DNA from: the human T2T-CHM13v2.0 reference genome, Homo sapiens
Assembly: GCF_009914755.1 (NCBI RefSeq)
Contig: NC_060944.1
DNA: 64,000 nucleotides
Reading direction: 5' to 3' (one strand)
Shown: piece after piece, positions 1 through 12,865 of the stretch
How the letters are laid out: every line of letters begins with the position of its first letter
Position numbering within the stretch: the stretch's first letter is position 1
Translations under genes and position numbers: made by a program
Notes under the pieces: model-generated
Told to the model about the DNA's origin: nothing
The model's input: the letters and a program-made list of their open reading frames with translations, nothing else
Databases searched by the model: none

Positions 1-175
1 AAGGCAGAAATGGGAACTTGCTATTCAACACTATAGTTTCAGTTGTGAAAGATGATTAAGTTCTACAGATCTGCTGTACCACAGAATGCCTATAGTTAAC
101 AATACTGTATTGAACACAAAAATTTTTTGGGAGTAGATCTCATGTTAAGTGTTCTTACTGCAATTAAAAAATAAT
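1..175 (+). mobile_element. L1M (L1MB/L1MA-type) 3' UTR end
   Basis: Typical old-L1 3' UTR motifs (ttctacagatctgctgtac, tatagttaacaatactgtattg, gtagatctcatgttaagtgttctta) ending in an A-rich tail. Confidence 0.75.
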
Positions 176-645
176 ATTAACATTTTTCAGGGGATCATTC
201 TGCAAGCATAAAACATTTAGAGAATTTTACCTTGGAAGAAATGGAGAAAGAACTCTTTCAACCATCTAAGAAGTGTGCACGTGTGAGTTACTAAATCTAC
301 CAATGCAAATAAACTGACATTTTCTTGGAATGACATCAGAGAAGGGCTAGTAATGTATGTATACTAGTAAACTGGACCAAAGAAGTTGCTATTCAGCTTT
401 TAAGCAAATTCTCAAAACAGACCAGTTTCTATTGAACCAAAACAGCCCACTTATAGATAAATTGAGTTAAAAAAAAAAATCCCTGTGGCAAGCATTATCA
501 CCCACCATAACAATGGAAATAAATGCTTTGTATATGCAATTAGGTGCAGATCCTTAATCTTACTTTGGTGGCTCCACTTCATGGAGCAGTTCAAAATTGG
601 ACTAGGGATAGAGGAATGAAACAGCACCCTGAGAGCCCAACTGAC

Positions 646-833
646 CAGTGTTACTCCAAGGCTGGTCCATGACGCAGGAGCACTGGCATCACCCGGGAGC
701 TTAGGAGAAATGCAATACTCGGGACCTGCCTCAGGCACTCTGAGTCAAGATGCCTGAGGGTGGAGCCCAGCAATCTGTAGCTTGAGCAGCTTCCCAGGTG
801 GTTCTCCTACACAGCCAACTTTGAAAACCACTG
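646..833. mobile_element. MER5A-like hAT-Charlie DNA transposon
   Basis: About 190 bp bounded by CAGTG...CACTG, with internal gcatcacccgggagctt, gggtggagcccagcaatctgt and ttgaaaaccactg. Confidence 0.8.
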
Positions 834-835
834 CT

Positions 836-1206
<371 letters not shown>

Positions 1207-1904
1207 TTAAGCAATGAACACACCCACAGAATAGCAGTGACATGTGAGTATTCTACTGTTACTGAGAAATACTCACAGGAGGTTTCTAAGGGACTGTGAT
1301 GAGAAATGGGACATCAAGACAGGGATTTCAGTCCTTATTGCACTGAAATATATTTATTACACTAGTCATCTGAGGATAATACCAAGCAAAGTTGGGGACT
1401 GAAGAACTAAGAATGAAACTGGAAGATATATATATTTGCACTTATTTCCCATACTTTGAATGTTTTCATACCTTGAATATTGCTTTTTCATGTAAAAATA
1501 TATAGCTTTTTGTCATGTAATATATACATCACTGTCTATTTCACAGAGATTTCTCACAGAAAGAAAAGAGACTGCTCAGCTTCAAATCACGGTTTTATTT
1601 GCCTTAATAAAATGCCTGTGGAATTTAATAGAATACGGTACATAAAAACTAATTTAACTTTTATTCTAGTGGCCACATCTATAAAAGTACAATTTTCAAT
1701 GAAGGTAGAAATTCTGTAAAATTTAATCACCAACTATTCCCAAAATAGCTGACTATGAAATATATTATAATTTTCATTTATGTGTCCATTTGTATCTTAT
1801 TTTACTTGCCATCTATGAATTCTAAAGAACATTAATGTCTTCAGAAGAGTATATTCTTTGTTAAAACACCTTTATGTTCTCTTATATTACTATTGACATT
1901 CATA

Positions 1905-2469
1905 TGGAAGGAAACCAAAATAATTCACCCCACAATATATTTCTTTGACGTATTTTGAGATGGCTATTTAGAGAGCTTGCAGACCGGGATAGCCCTGCAA
2001 AGCTGTCTTTTGTAGAAGAGATTTATACCTGTAGAAAAACTAAAGTGAAGCAAAAAACAGATACAAACAGTCTTTCTCTGAGGCTCTCCCTCGTACAGAT
2101 CTAGGAGAGAGTAATGAGAGTTTGACACCTTTGAAAATCTGACTAAGAAACTTTAACCACAGACTACCATCTATTTTTTTGAGGACTGTTATATGTGAGG
2201 TTTCATCTGCATAACAAGAATGCTTTTGCTAGCTCAAACATTTCTCCTTTTCTATTTCTGTCCGTCAGCACTCTGAGTCAAGACCCTATTTTTTCTGTAA
2301 CCTCAAGATGGTTAAAAGCATTAACTATTTGGACATTCTTGTTGTCTTTATGTTTTGTATGTCTCCTGTGCACATATTGTGTTTGCCTTTTTTTTTCCTG
2401 TTAATCTATTGTCTGTTTTATGGACTCAAATTATCAAAGCTTCAGGGAAAAGATTTAAACTTCCCTACA
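1905..2469 (+). mobile_element. ERV1-class solo LTR (MER34/MER93-like)
   Basis: TG...CA termini; 5' motif ggaaaccaaaa...tattttgagatggctattta...agccctgcaaagctgtcttttgt; 3' end aaacttccctaca. Confidence 0.65.
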
Positions 2470-2477
2470 ATATATTA

Positions 2478-3000
2478 GTTTAACAAATATATATTGAGCA
2501 TAAAGTATGTGCCAGCCACCATTCTTGGTGGTCAAAACAAATTAGCAACCAAAACAGACATGGCTGCTGACGGCATGGGTTTACAAGCTAGACCAGGTTT
2601 GGGAAGACACACAAAATACAAATGCACAATTTTATAATGTCACAGGGTGATAAATGTTGTAAATAAAATTGAAGCAAGGTGAGTGCATCAAGAATCATGG
2701 TAGTGCTATGAGCTGGGTGGCTAAAGATGTTCTCTGATTAAATGACTTTCTAGGGGGAAGAAAGAAGATGAAAGGGGTGGGGATGGTAATATGGGAAAAA
2801 GGGATCTCAATGAGAACCAATAGAGAGTGCAAAGACTATGAGGCAGGAACATGCTAGGAGTTTAAGAAAGTAATGGGGCCAATTTGGCTGAAGCTGGAGA
2901 AGAGAGGAAAGTGCCAGAGGTCAGTTGCACAAACCTGTTTGATTTGGTAACTTGTAGGCAATCGTCTCTTTTAATGCCAAAAGAGATTTTGGAGGCTTAT
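2478..3000 (-). mobile_element. L2 3' fragment
   Basis: Reverse L2 end (aacaaatatatattgagca...tatgtgccagcc...aaaacagaca) followed by purine-rich L2 body. Confidence 0.6.
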
Positions 3001-3249
3001 CTCAAATCAATTGACTTCATTTTTATGCCATATGCAAATTATTCAGCTAACAGCAAAATACCATTTAGAGGATAATTTGCACTCCTGTCAGTATTAGTGA
3101 ATGCTCTATCTGTTGTCTGCAGTATAACATTGGCTGCATGGTTGGGGAGACCAAAAAGAAAATGCATGCACTCCTGAACGGTGTCCTCTTCCTCTTTTAG
3201 GAGAGCTCTCTTGCCCATTTCCCATCGTTGTATTGAAATTTAGAAACAT

Positions 3250-3292
3250 GTTTTTTTTTGTTTTTTTTGTTTTTTTTGTTTTTTTTTTTTTT
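3250..3292. repeat. (GT8)n / poly-T simple repeat
   Basis: T runs punctuated by G, read directly. Confidence 0.9.
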
Positions 3293-3635
3293 CCTGGGCC
3301 AAGACTCAGAGCAGAATGGGAATGGAGGGTTTTATAAATGAGTTATAAACACCTTTATTTTTTAACCTGGGATGATCCTTAGAATTTTGGTGAAATCTTT
3401 TTGACTTCACCTATTACATTCCTAGCGATGAATTTTTTAATACAAGGTAAAATGTTTTAAAATACTTTGGATAGTAGTGACTCAGAGGGCAAGTCCATGT
3501 CACAACGTGTCTGTGATGTATCTGTAGCTACTGAAAATTTGGGAGGCCATGGCTTTCTTCACCCTGGCCTTCTTCCAGCTCCTAGAACCTGTCAGGTCTC
3601 CTCCTGCCACAGAACAGAGCATGTGCTGTTTTTTT

Positions 3636-3771
3636 CCTGCTTGGGTGTATATTGCGATGATCTGGAGATGCCCAGACCACACCCCAGGCACATTCAACCA
3701 GGATCTCTGGGGTTCGATCCAGCCATCATTACTTTTTAAAGTTCCTATGAGATTTCAGTTTGCAACCACTG
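3636..3771. mobile_element. MER5-like fragment
   Basis: gatgcccagaccacacccca...aggatctctggg...tttttaaagttcc...ttgcaaccactg end. Confidence 0.55.
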
Positions 3772-4196
3772 GCACTTTGCTTCTCGCTCACCTCCCATCG
3801 CACTTCACCCGGCTCATCTTTGGTTTCCTTGCTTAATATTAGTTCCTGAGACACCTTCGCTGACACTCCCCTGCACCAACCCCAAGTCAAATCCTCCTAT
3901 TCTACGTGTACCTTCCCTTTGGAAGGTTTATCATAGTAGTAATTTTACATTTCTTTGTGACAATATTTGCTTAATGTTTGTCTTCTCCAAAGTCTTTAAT
4001 AGACTTGTTTACTGTGACATCTCAAACTTGGAATCCTGTTATCTTAATACCAAGAATAATGGTTAAATCTGTGTTCAATTATTTCCCTACCTTTTGTTTT
4101 CCTGAATTATCAAATGACCTCTGTAAGCACAGGAAAATAATGCTGATTGAGGTTATTTAAGGCAATTTATTTTTCCCAAACAGAGCTTTGTAGTTC

Positions 4197-4314
4197 AAAC
4201 TAAAGTAATTGAGAGGACACCCCATAACAGGAGACTCTAAGTAGAATGCACGTCCTTATTTTCTGCTAAACAATTTTTGTGAACATGGACTTTGCTTTAT
4301 GTGCAGGAAATCAT
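4197..4314 (+). repeat. Local duplication segment A (copy A' at 5744-5861)
   Basis: 118 bp, 5 mismatches by manual alignment. Confidence 0.95.
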
Positions 4315-4343
4315 GCAGCGTTTAAATGTATTTTCTCCTCTTT

Positions 4344-4459
4344 GTGAGCTCCATGAAGGAAGTGACTATGTCTGATTTTCTAACCATTAAATAAATTCCC
4401 AGGGCCTAGGACTCGGCACACATTAAACATTCAATAAGTGTTTGTTGAATGAATGAATG
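4344..4459 (+). mobile_element. L2 3' terminus
   Basis: gtgagctccatgaagg...cagggcctag...tcaataagtgtttgttgaatgaatgaatg. Confidence 0.75.
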
Positions 4460-4660
4460 GGGCTCGCGGAGGACTCCTCTAGTGTATTATTTTATTTTTC
4501 AGGAGATTCTGATTCACTGAAGGAAGAATGGCAGTGATTCTCATTCCTGGCTGGATATCAGCATCACTTGGGATAGGAGGTGTTGAAAAATACTAATGTC
4601 TAGACTCCAACCCAGAACAACCCCCCAAACCAGAATGTTGGAGGTTGGGGCTTTTCTACT

Positions 4661-5643
4661 TGAGGCCTCTAGTTTTCTATTACTGATTAATAAATTACCT
4701 GCTTAATTGTCAGCTTAATTTAGCAGCTTGAATCAACACAGAGTTATTACCCCACAGGCTATGTAGGTCAGGAGTTCAGACGCATAGTAGCGGCATTCTT
4801 TGCTCAGGTCCTCATCCAGCTGAAATTAATTTGTTGGCCAGGGCTGCAGTTCTCTCTGTGACTCTTGATTCTCTTCCAAGCTCCCTGGTTGTTGGCAGAA
4901 GTCATTTCCTTGTGGTTATTGGACTGAGGTCCCTGTTGTCTTCCTAGCTGTTGGCAACAAACGCTCTCAGTTTCAGGAGGCCATGCTAGGTCCTTGTCGT
5001 GTGGCCCCCTCTATCTCAGCAACAGAGAACCTCCTTGCTACAGAACCTGCTTCCTGCTTCCAATCTCTCTGACTTCTCTTCTGTGACCAGTGAGACAAAC
5101 CTCTCTTTGTTTTTAAAAGGCTTGGATGATTAAGCCTGGCCTATCCAGATAATCTCCCTTGCTTTAAGTCAACTGTGCCATAAAACACGACCTGATGACA
5201 AAAGTGAAATCTATCAAATTCACATTCCTGGTGAGGCAGGAGAATACACCCGGGAGGCAGGGAACCTAAGGACTTCCTAGAACTAAATCAAACAGAAACA
5301 CTTCAGCTATGACAGGAAATATCCTCTTCATTTACATAGGGTATACACCAAGTAACCAACAGGATACCTCTAGAGTATATTGAAACCACAGATAATTCTG
5401 TGACCAAGGCCCTCGAGCCACTTGCTCATGCCTGCTCCCACCCTGTGGAGTGTGCTTTCATTTTCAATAAATGTCTGCTTTTGTTGCTTCATTTTGCTTT
5501 GTTTTTGCGTTTTGTCCAATTCTTTGTTTAAAGTGCCAAGAACCGGATACCCTCCACCGCTAACACTGGGGAATATGCAGGGAGTGTGAACTGGGAATGG
5601 GTGTACAGTGCCTTTTGGAGACTATCTTATTCTGATGACCACA
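4661..5643 (-). mobile_element. MLT1E-like MaLR LTR (interrupted by ERV1 LTR)
   Basis: agttttctattactg start, gttggcagaagtcatttccttgtggtt...ggactgaggtccc core, ttattctgatgaccaca end. Confidence 0.75.
5232..5565 (+). mobile_element. ERV1 solo LTR (MER61/MER51/MER66 group)
   Basis: Starts TGAGGCAGGAGAATA, contains AATAAA, ends TAACA; exact 4-bp TSD CTGG (5228-5231 / 5566-5569). Confidence 0.85.
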
Positions 5644-5978
5644 ACTGATATTAAACAACTTTCCAGTTGAGATTGAGAACCACTGGGCTAAACATATCAA
5701 ATGTTTCAAACGGCAAAGTATTAAGTGATCTTTCAACAAAATAAAACTAAAGTAATTGAGAGGACACCCCATAACAGGAGACTCTAAGTATAAAGCACGT
5801 CCTTATTTTCTGCCAAACAATTTTTGTGAACATGGACTTTGCCTTTTGTGCAGGAAATCATATCATTCTGCTGACCACAACTGTTATTAAACTTTCCAGC
5901 TGAGATTGAGAACCATTGAACTAAACATATCAAATATTTCAAATGACAAAGTATTAAGTGATCTTTTAACAAAATAAA
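5629..5978 (+). repeat. B-A'-B' duplication block (B 5629-5745, A' 5744-5861, B' 5865-5978)
   Basis: B and B' are about 90% identical with one 3-bp indel, by manual alignment. Confidence 0.92.
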
Positions 5979-6144
5979 TTTTTAAAGAAATGCTTCTTCT
6001 AGATCAAAAAAAAAATCACCAATTAAGGGACATCAATAGAAATTCTAACAGAGATTTACTTAGGGCATGATGTGAATCACAGAAGGAATACCATCTGAGT
6101 ATCCCTACCTATGGAATTGAAATTAAACCATTTCTGAAATCTGG

Positions 6145-6593
6145 TGTATCTCTCAGGTTCCAACCAGAAACAGCACTCACCCAAGCAGTCCACTTGAAGA
6201 TACTTGGTGAAAAGATTGATTACTGAGATTAAAGTTGAGGCTCAGGGAAAAATCATGGGATAAAGAAACAGACCATCAGGAGGGGAAGATAGCCATCACC
6301 TGGGGGAAGATTTGGCATCTCTGGAGTCCCTGAAGAGTCAGAAGTGTGGAGGAGGCTATAGATGGGAGAGACATAGCTGCTGTCAGAGCCCAGGTAGGGA
6401 AGCAAAGACAGAGCAGGGAGAAATTGACTTTCTCATCTCCCATGTGTTGATCTCCTGCCAGCACTTCCTAGAGGCCCGGCTTAGGTGGAAATTGGAAGAG
6501 AGGCTGTATAGAGAGAAAAGCCTCCTGGGGTACAAAGCTGGGAGGATAATGGGAGAAGGGAAATTGGTAGGCAAATGGAGAATAACCATCACA
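6145..6593 (-). mobile_element. ERVL solo LTR (LTR16/LTR33-like)
   Basis: tgtatc..caggttccaaccag start; gatctcctgccagc and gcaaatggagaataaccatcaca end. Confidence 0.6.
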
Positions 6594-8529
6594 CCTTAAA
6601 GATGATTTTTTTTTTCTCTAATTGAGGAAATAGCTGTTGAAATTGAAAAACGGTGTAACGTGGGAATTCTTTATGCCCTGAAATAACTTATCAGACTGAT
6701 TTCCTATACGGGTAGGTGTTGCCACCTAAATCACTTATTATCAGTGCTGGGGCCCAGGTTCCCCTCTGGTTCTATTTTTAACTTTTTGAGTTCCATGTAG
6801 ATTGGCTGAAGGGAAATGAGGTTGGCAGTGAGGTAGGAGGCAGGAAAAGAGAAGTTGAAGATGTATATGTATCTTGTTTTCAACACCGAGAATATATATA
6901 TGCCTTTAAAATAGTATAAGCAAAAAGTTATCTTGTTAATAGAAAGAGTAATTGTGTCAATAAATTAGGACATTCCTAGGTAATATACCTCCCACTAAAT
7001 ATGAGTAATCGACTTGATATGTAAGAGTAAAATGAAGATAAATGATATTTTTAGCAGGCATGGAACTTTGAATATTTGTTAATTTCTAATTTATGCTAAG
7101 ATTTATAGCATAGGAAAATTTTAAATCCTCTTCCAGCACATTTCTGATCATTCTTCATTACAATCAGAAAACCACCTAAGCGATTGCCTAGGGAGAGGGA
7201 CAATTTCTCTACTGTTTTTGTTTTCCTTCTTACCTATGCATGTGTTTGCATGTTTGTCTCTCTCAAGTGTTGTCAAAATAACATTGAACATATTATACAA
7301 TCACTTTAAAATTCCTTAGTTGCATGTTATTAATATAACACTAATAAGTAATAAGCAATATTCAAATTGCAAAATTTTTAAAATTTAAATTTAAGAATGT
7401 TGCTTCATTATATATTAGCCTTACCTGTTTCTAAAGATATAATAAAATGTTAAAACAAAGCAAAACAAAAGGTAAAAGATTGAAATGATGGGAGGAAATT
7501 ATAATAGGAGACAGGAATATCAGCAGAATGAAGATCATGACAAATTTCTGGAAGACAGAAAGAAGTTAGTTGTAATCATGCCAACAGGTGATTTGAATGA
7601 GCTCAGAAGTTGGCAGTTGAGTTTGGAGTTCCTCATTCCACGGCCTGTGAAATTGGCTGATATGTAGAACAGAACCAAAACTGGATAGGAAGTAGGGGGC
7701 TGACTGAACTGTTTGCTAAATGGCTTATAGAATGTCTTCTCCAGCCTTCCTTCATCATGAATGCAGTTGCAGGACTCATTTCCAGGATAAAGCCAGAGTG
7801 GGACCTTCTAGAAAGAAGTTCTCCCCAGCAGAGCTTGGGCATCCAGAACAGGGGTTAGCTCTCCAGATTGGGACCCATCTTATTATGCCATTTGGAGAAG
7901 TAGTGCAGCTTTCTGGGTACTCTGTTAGTAGAGTGTGGAAGAGAAGCCTATCAATTGAACATCCTCATAACATATACAGAATTTTACTGAGTCTTCTCCT
8001 TAATGTAGAAGTCAGTAAGGGCTGAGCATACCCCAGCCAGCTGCTGCTGTTATCAACATAGTCCTATGATAATAAATGACTGGAAAACAAATAATTTCCA
8101 TATATTTGTAAAAAACTAGCATTGCAAAGGAAAAAGATGCAAAAAAGATCAATAGACTCAAGGGGATACATACATAACTCAGAAGAGATACAAACTTATG
8201 GTTAAAATCTTAGAGATATTTGAGAGGCACCGATAAGGAGAGAAATGTCCTTATATTGAATCCATAATTAAATAAATTAAATCCATTAGTAAAATATTTT
8301 TAAAAAGAACCTTTAGGCAAATACACTGTCACCAGAAAATTCCTCCATATATATGAAAGAAATGATACATATTTTATATAAACTTAATAAAAAAGGAAAC
8401 ACTTCGAGACTCATTTATTAGGTTAGCATAACTTTGATAATAACACTTATCAGTCATACTCCAGTGAGAGAGAAATAACAGGTCAGTATCTTATATGAAA
8501 ATATATGAAATAATCCCTTAAAAGTTAGC

Positions 8530-11500
8530 AAATAATATGTACACCAAACATCAGATTACGTAAGCATGTAAAGCAAACATTGACAGAACTGAAGTAAGAA
8601 ATAGACAGCAATACAATAATAAAAGAAAACTTCAGTACCCCACTTTCAATAACAGACCAATGAGAGAAAAAATTAATGAGAATAGCAGACTTGAACAACT
8701 CTTTAGACCAAATGAACCTAACAGACATATGCAGAACATCCTACTCAACATCTGCAGAATACACTTTTTTCTTAAGCACACATGAAGCATTATCAAGGAT
8801 AGATCACATGTTCAGTCACAAAGTAAGATCTAACAAATTTAAGAAGATCAAAATCATATCAAGGATATTTTCCAACCACAATGCTATAAAACTGGAAATT
8901 AATAACAGGAGGAAAGCTGAAAAATGTAGAAATTAAACAACATACTCCTGAACAATTGGTCAAAGAAAAAATCAAAAGGGAAATTTAAAAATATCTTGAA
9001 AGAAACAAAAACACAACATATCAAAACTTATGAAATGCAGTGAAAGCATTACAAAGGGTGAAGTTTATATTAATAAATGTGTACATTACAAAAAAATCTC
9101 AGATAAATGACATTTTACCTCAAGAAACTAGAAAAGGAACGAACTAACCTCAAATGAGTAGAAGAAAGGAAATAATATCAGAGCAAAACCTAAATGAAAT
9201 AGAAACTTAAAAAACAAAATATCAATGAAATTACAAGTTTTTTTTTAAAAGATAAAATTGACATACCTTTAGGTAGTCTAACAAAGAGAAAAAGAAAAGA
9301 TACAAATGAAAAAAACAACATTTTATGAAGCTGGCCAGCATTACCCTGACAGCAAAGCCAGACAAAGACACTACAAGACAAGCAGTATTCCTGATAAACA
9401 TAGATGCAAAAATACTAAACAAAATACTAGAAAACCACATTTGACAGCACATTGGACGTATCATTGAGATTTAACCCTGGGATGCAGGAATAACTCAACA
9501 TAAAAATCAATTAACATGATACCTCACATTAACAGAATGAAGGATAAAAACTACAAGATCATATTAATAGATGCAGAAAAAGCATTTGACAAACTTCAAC
9601 ACCCTTTCATGATAAAATAAATTCTCAACAAACTAGAAATAAAAGTCCCTCAACATAATAAAGATTATATATGAAAAGTGCACAGGCAATATTATATTCA
9701 AATAAACAATTGAAAGCTTTTTCTCTAAGATCAGCAACAAGGCAAATATACTTATTCATCACTTCTATTAAACATAGTACTGGAAGTCCTAGAACGAGTA
9801 CTTAGGCAAGGAAGAAATAAAGATACTCAAATCAGAAATAAAGAAGTAAAAGTATCTCTGTTTGAAGATGGTATAATCTTATGTGTAGAAAGCCCTAAAG
9901 AGTTCACCAAGAAAAAGTTGGTACTAATAAATGGGTTCAACATAGCTGCACAATACAAATCAACATACAAAATTCAGTTGCATTTCTTACACTAACAATG
10001 AACTATCCAAAAAAGAAATTAAGAAATCAATCCTATTTACAATAACAACAATAAGAATACAATAACTAGGAATAAACAACAAAGGAAACAAAAAACATAC
10101 ACTGAAAACTGTACAATAGTCATGAAAGAAAGAAAATAAATAGACATCATGTGTTCATAGACTGGAGTACACAATATTGTTAAAATACCTATACTAAAAG
10201 CAACTTACAGATTCAATGTGATATGTATCAAAATCCCAATGACATTTTTAACAGAAATAGAAAAATCAATCCTATAATTAATATGAAACCACGAAGGACT
10301 CCAAATAGCTGAAACAATCATCAGAAAGAACAACAAAGGTGGAGGCATCATACTTCCTGATTTCAAAATACATTACAGAACCAAAGTAATTAAAACAGTA
10401 TGGTACCAGCATAAAAACACATATTTAGACCAATGGAAAAGAGAGCCCAGAAATAATTTTCCACATATACAGTCAACTGATATTCAACAAGAGTGCCAAG
10501 AATATACAATGGGGAAAGAAAGGATAGTCTTTAACAAATTGTGTTGGGAAATTTGGATATCCACATGCAAAAGAATGAAATCAGACTCTTATCTCACACC
10601 GTACACAACTATCAATCAAAATGGATGAAACACCTAAATATAAGACTTTTATGTGTAACACTCCTGGAAGAAAACAAAGGAAAAATTTTATGACATCAGT
10701 CTTGGCAATAATTTTATGGCTATGACACCAAAATACAAGCAACAAAAGCAAATATAGATAGATGGAGCTACATCAAACTAAAAAGTTGCAGAGCAAAGGA
10801 AACTGTCAACAGAGTGAGAAGGAAACCTGTGGAATGGGAGATAAATTTACAAAATGTGCATGTGATGAGGGATAAATATTTAAAATCTACAAAGAACTTC
10901 CACAACTAAACAGAAAAACAAAACAAAACAAAACAATCTGATTTTGAAACTGGGCAATGGTACATTTGTGTAGTGCAGATAAGAGGAAAATAAAAGAAAA
11001 AATAGAGACAAGAAATTGGAGAATTGACTTTGAATGGATTTTTTTTTTCCAAAAAAGACATAAATGGCCACAGGTATATGAAAAGATGCTCAACATCATT
11101 AATCATCATTGAAATGCAAATTACAACCACTATGAGATATATCATCTCACATTTGTTAGGTTTGCCATTTTTACAAAAAAATGACAAGTTTTCATGAGAA
11201 TGTGGATGAATTGGAACTCAGACACTGTTGGTGGGCATATAAAATAGTTCAGTTAATATGAAAAACCATATGGAGGTTTCTAAAATAATTCAAAATAGAA
11301 TTACCATATAATCCAGAAATCCCACTTCTGTGTATTTTTCCAAAAGAATAAAACCAGGATCTCAAAAAGATATATGCATCCTCATGTTCAGTATTATTCA
11401 CAATAGCCAAGTTGTGGAAACAATCCTAAACGTCCATCGACAGATGAATGGATTAAGAAAATGCGCTATGTGTGTGTGCAATGAAATATTATTCAGTCAT

Positions 11501-11690
11501 AAAAAGGTAATCCTACTATATGGAACAATGTATATGTACCTCGAGAATATTATGCTAAATGAACCAAGCCAGTAACAAAAAGAGAAATACTCCCTGATTC
11601 CCCTTATATAAGGTAAATAGTCAAATTCATAGAAGCAGAAAGTGGAATAGTGGTTCCCTGAGGCTGGCGGGAGGAAAAAATGAAAACAAA
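8530..11690 (+). mobile_element. L1MA/L1MB-age LINE-1, ORF2 (endonuclease to C-terminus) plus 3' UTR, internally deleted and decayed
   Basis: ORF 8676-8936 translates to L1 endonuclease (DQMNLTDI...SRIDHM...SNHNAIKLEIN); RT and 3' UTR motifs follow. Confidence 0.9.
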
Positions 11691-12087
11691 ATAACTTTGC
11701 ATTCATAAAAAATCTCCCCAAACCCAGGGTTTTCCACTGAACTATCTTCATAATATTTATTTCTATGAATACTGGAATAAAAAATGAAAACAAAATTTTA
11801 TACAAAAAATATATTCATGCATTAAAAGTTGTATGAAATAAAAAAGTAAACAATGTGTATAAATACATAATAGGTATTGTGAGCAAGTTAGATTTATTCC
11901 AGGAATGCAAGATACTTTAAACGCTTACCAATTAATGTTTTCTATAACATTAACAGAATCAAGGAGAAAAACTAAATAATCACTTCAGTCAATGCCAAAA
12001 AGCAGTTTATAATATTCATTCTCTTAAATGCTGCTTCCTGATTTATGATAAAAATCTTTAGCAAACTAGGAATAAAAGGAAACTTCC

Positions 12088-12189
12088 TTTTTTTTTTGTG
12101 AGACGGAGTCTGGCTCTGTCACCCAGGCTGGAGTGCAGTGGCGCAATCTCGGCTCACTGCAAGCTCCGCCTCCCGGGTTCACGCCATTC
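12088..12189 (-). mobile_element. 5'-truncated AluY (partial right monomer)
   Basis: gcaagctccgcctcccgggttcacgccattc Y diagnostic; approximate TSD aaaaggaaacttcctt / aaaaggaagctgtctt. Confidence 0.9.
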
Positions 12190-12785
12190 AAAAGGAAGCT
12201 GTCTTAAATCTGCACCTTTTAAGCTTTCTTAAATCCTAGGTATCTGGGAAAGAAACTTGAGATCAGGATTAAGACGAGAATATCTGACTATCATTATGTA
12301 TTTTTAATTTTGTACAAGAGGTTCTACCAAGCTGCAACAAGGCAAAAAGGAACAAACACACACATAGTTTAAAATTGGAAAGGAAGAAATAAAACTTATT
12401 ATTAGGAAACAACATGTCTTTATTGGTTTTTGTGTGTGTTTGTGTGTGTGTAAAACATTTAAGGGAATCTTCAGAATTAACATTTAGTTTGGTCATGGGA
12501 TATAAGGTCATCTTAAAATCATTGTGTCATACACACCAGAAGCCAATATTTAGAAAATAAAACTTAAATATGTGTTATCATTTATAAAGCATCAAAAGTA
12601 TCAAATGCCTAGACTAAGTCTAACAAAAATTGTGCAGGACATTTACATAGAAAATTATAAGATGTTATTGCTTAAAAATAAACTACACAATAATACATAC
12701 CATTTTCATAAAAGAGAAATATTAGTATTTTTAAGGTATTAATTCTCCTCAAATACATCTATATATATATTTACCTATTTACATT

Positions 12786-12865
12786 CCTTCTGCCGTGATT
12801 GTAAGTTTCCTGAGGCCTCCCCAGCCATGTGCAACTGTGAGTCAATTAAACTGCTTTCATTTATA
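12786..12865 (+). mobile_element. Internal 80-bp THE1 (THE1C/D-like) LTR fragment
   Basis: ccttctgccgtgattgtaagtttcctgaggcctccccagccatgtgcaactgtgagtcaattaaa; both LTR termini absent. Confidence 0.85.

Larger units (their letters stand above)
4532..5685. mobile_element. MER5A-like transposon split by MLT1E (left part about 4532-4660, right part about 5644-5685)
   Basis: Left end cagtgattctca...atcagcatcacttgg; right end ttgagaaccactg resumes after the MLT. Confidence 0.65.
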
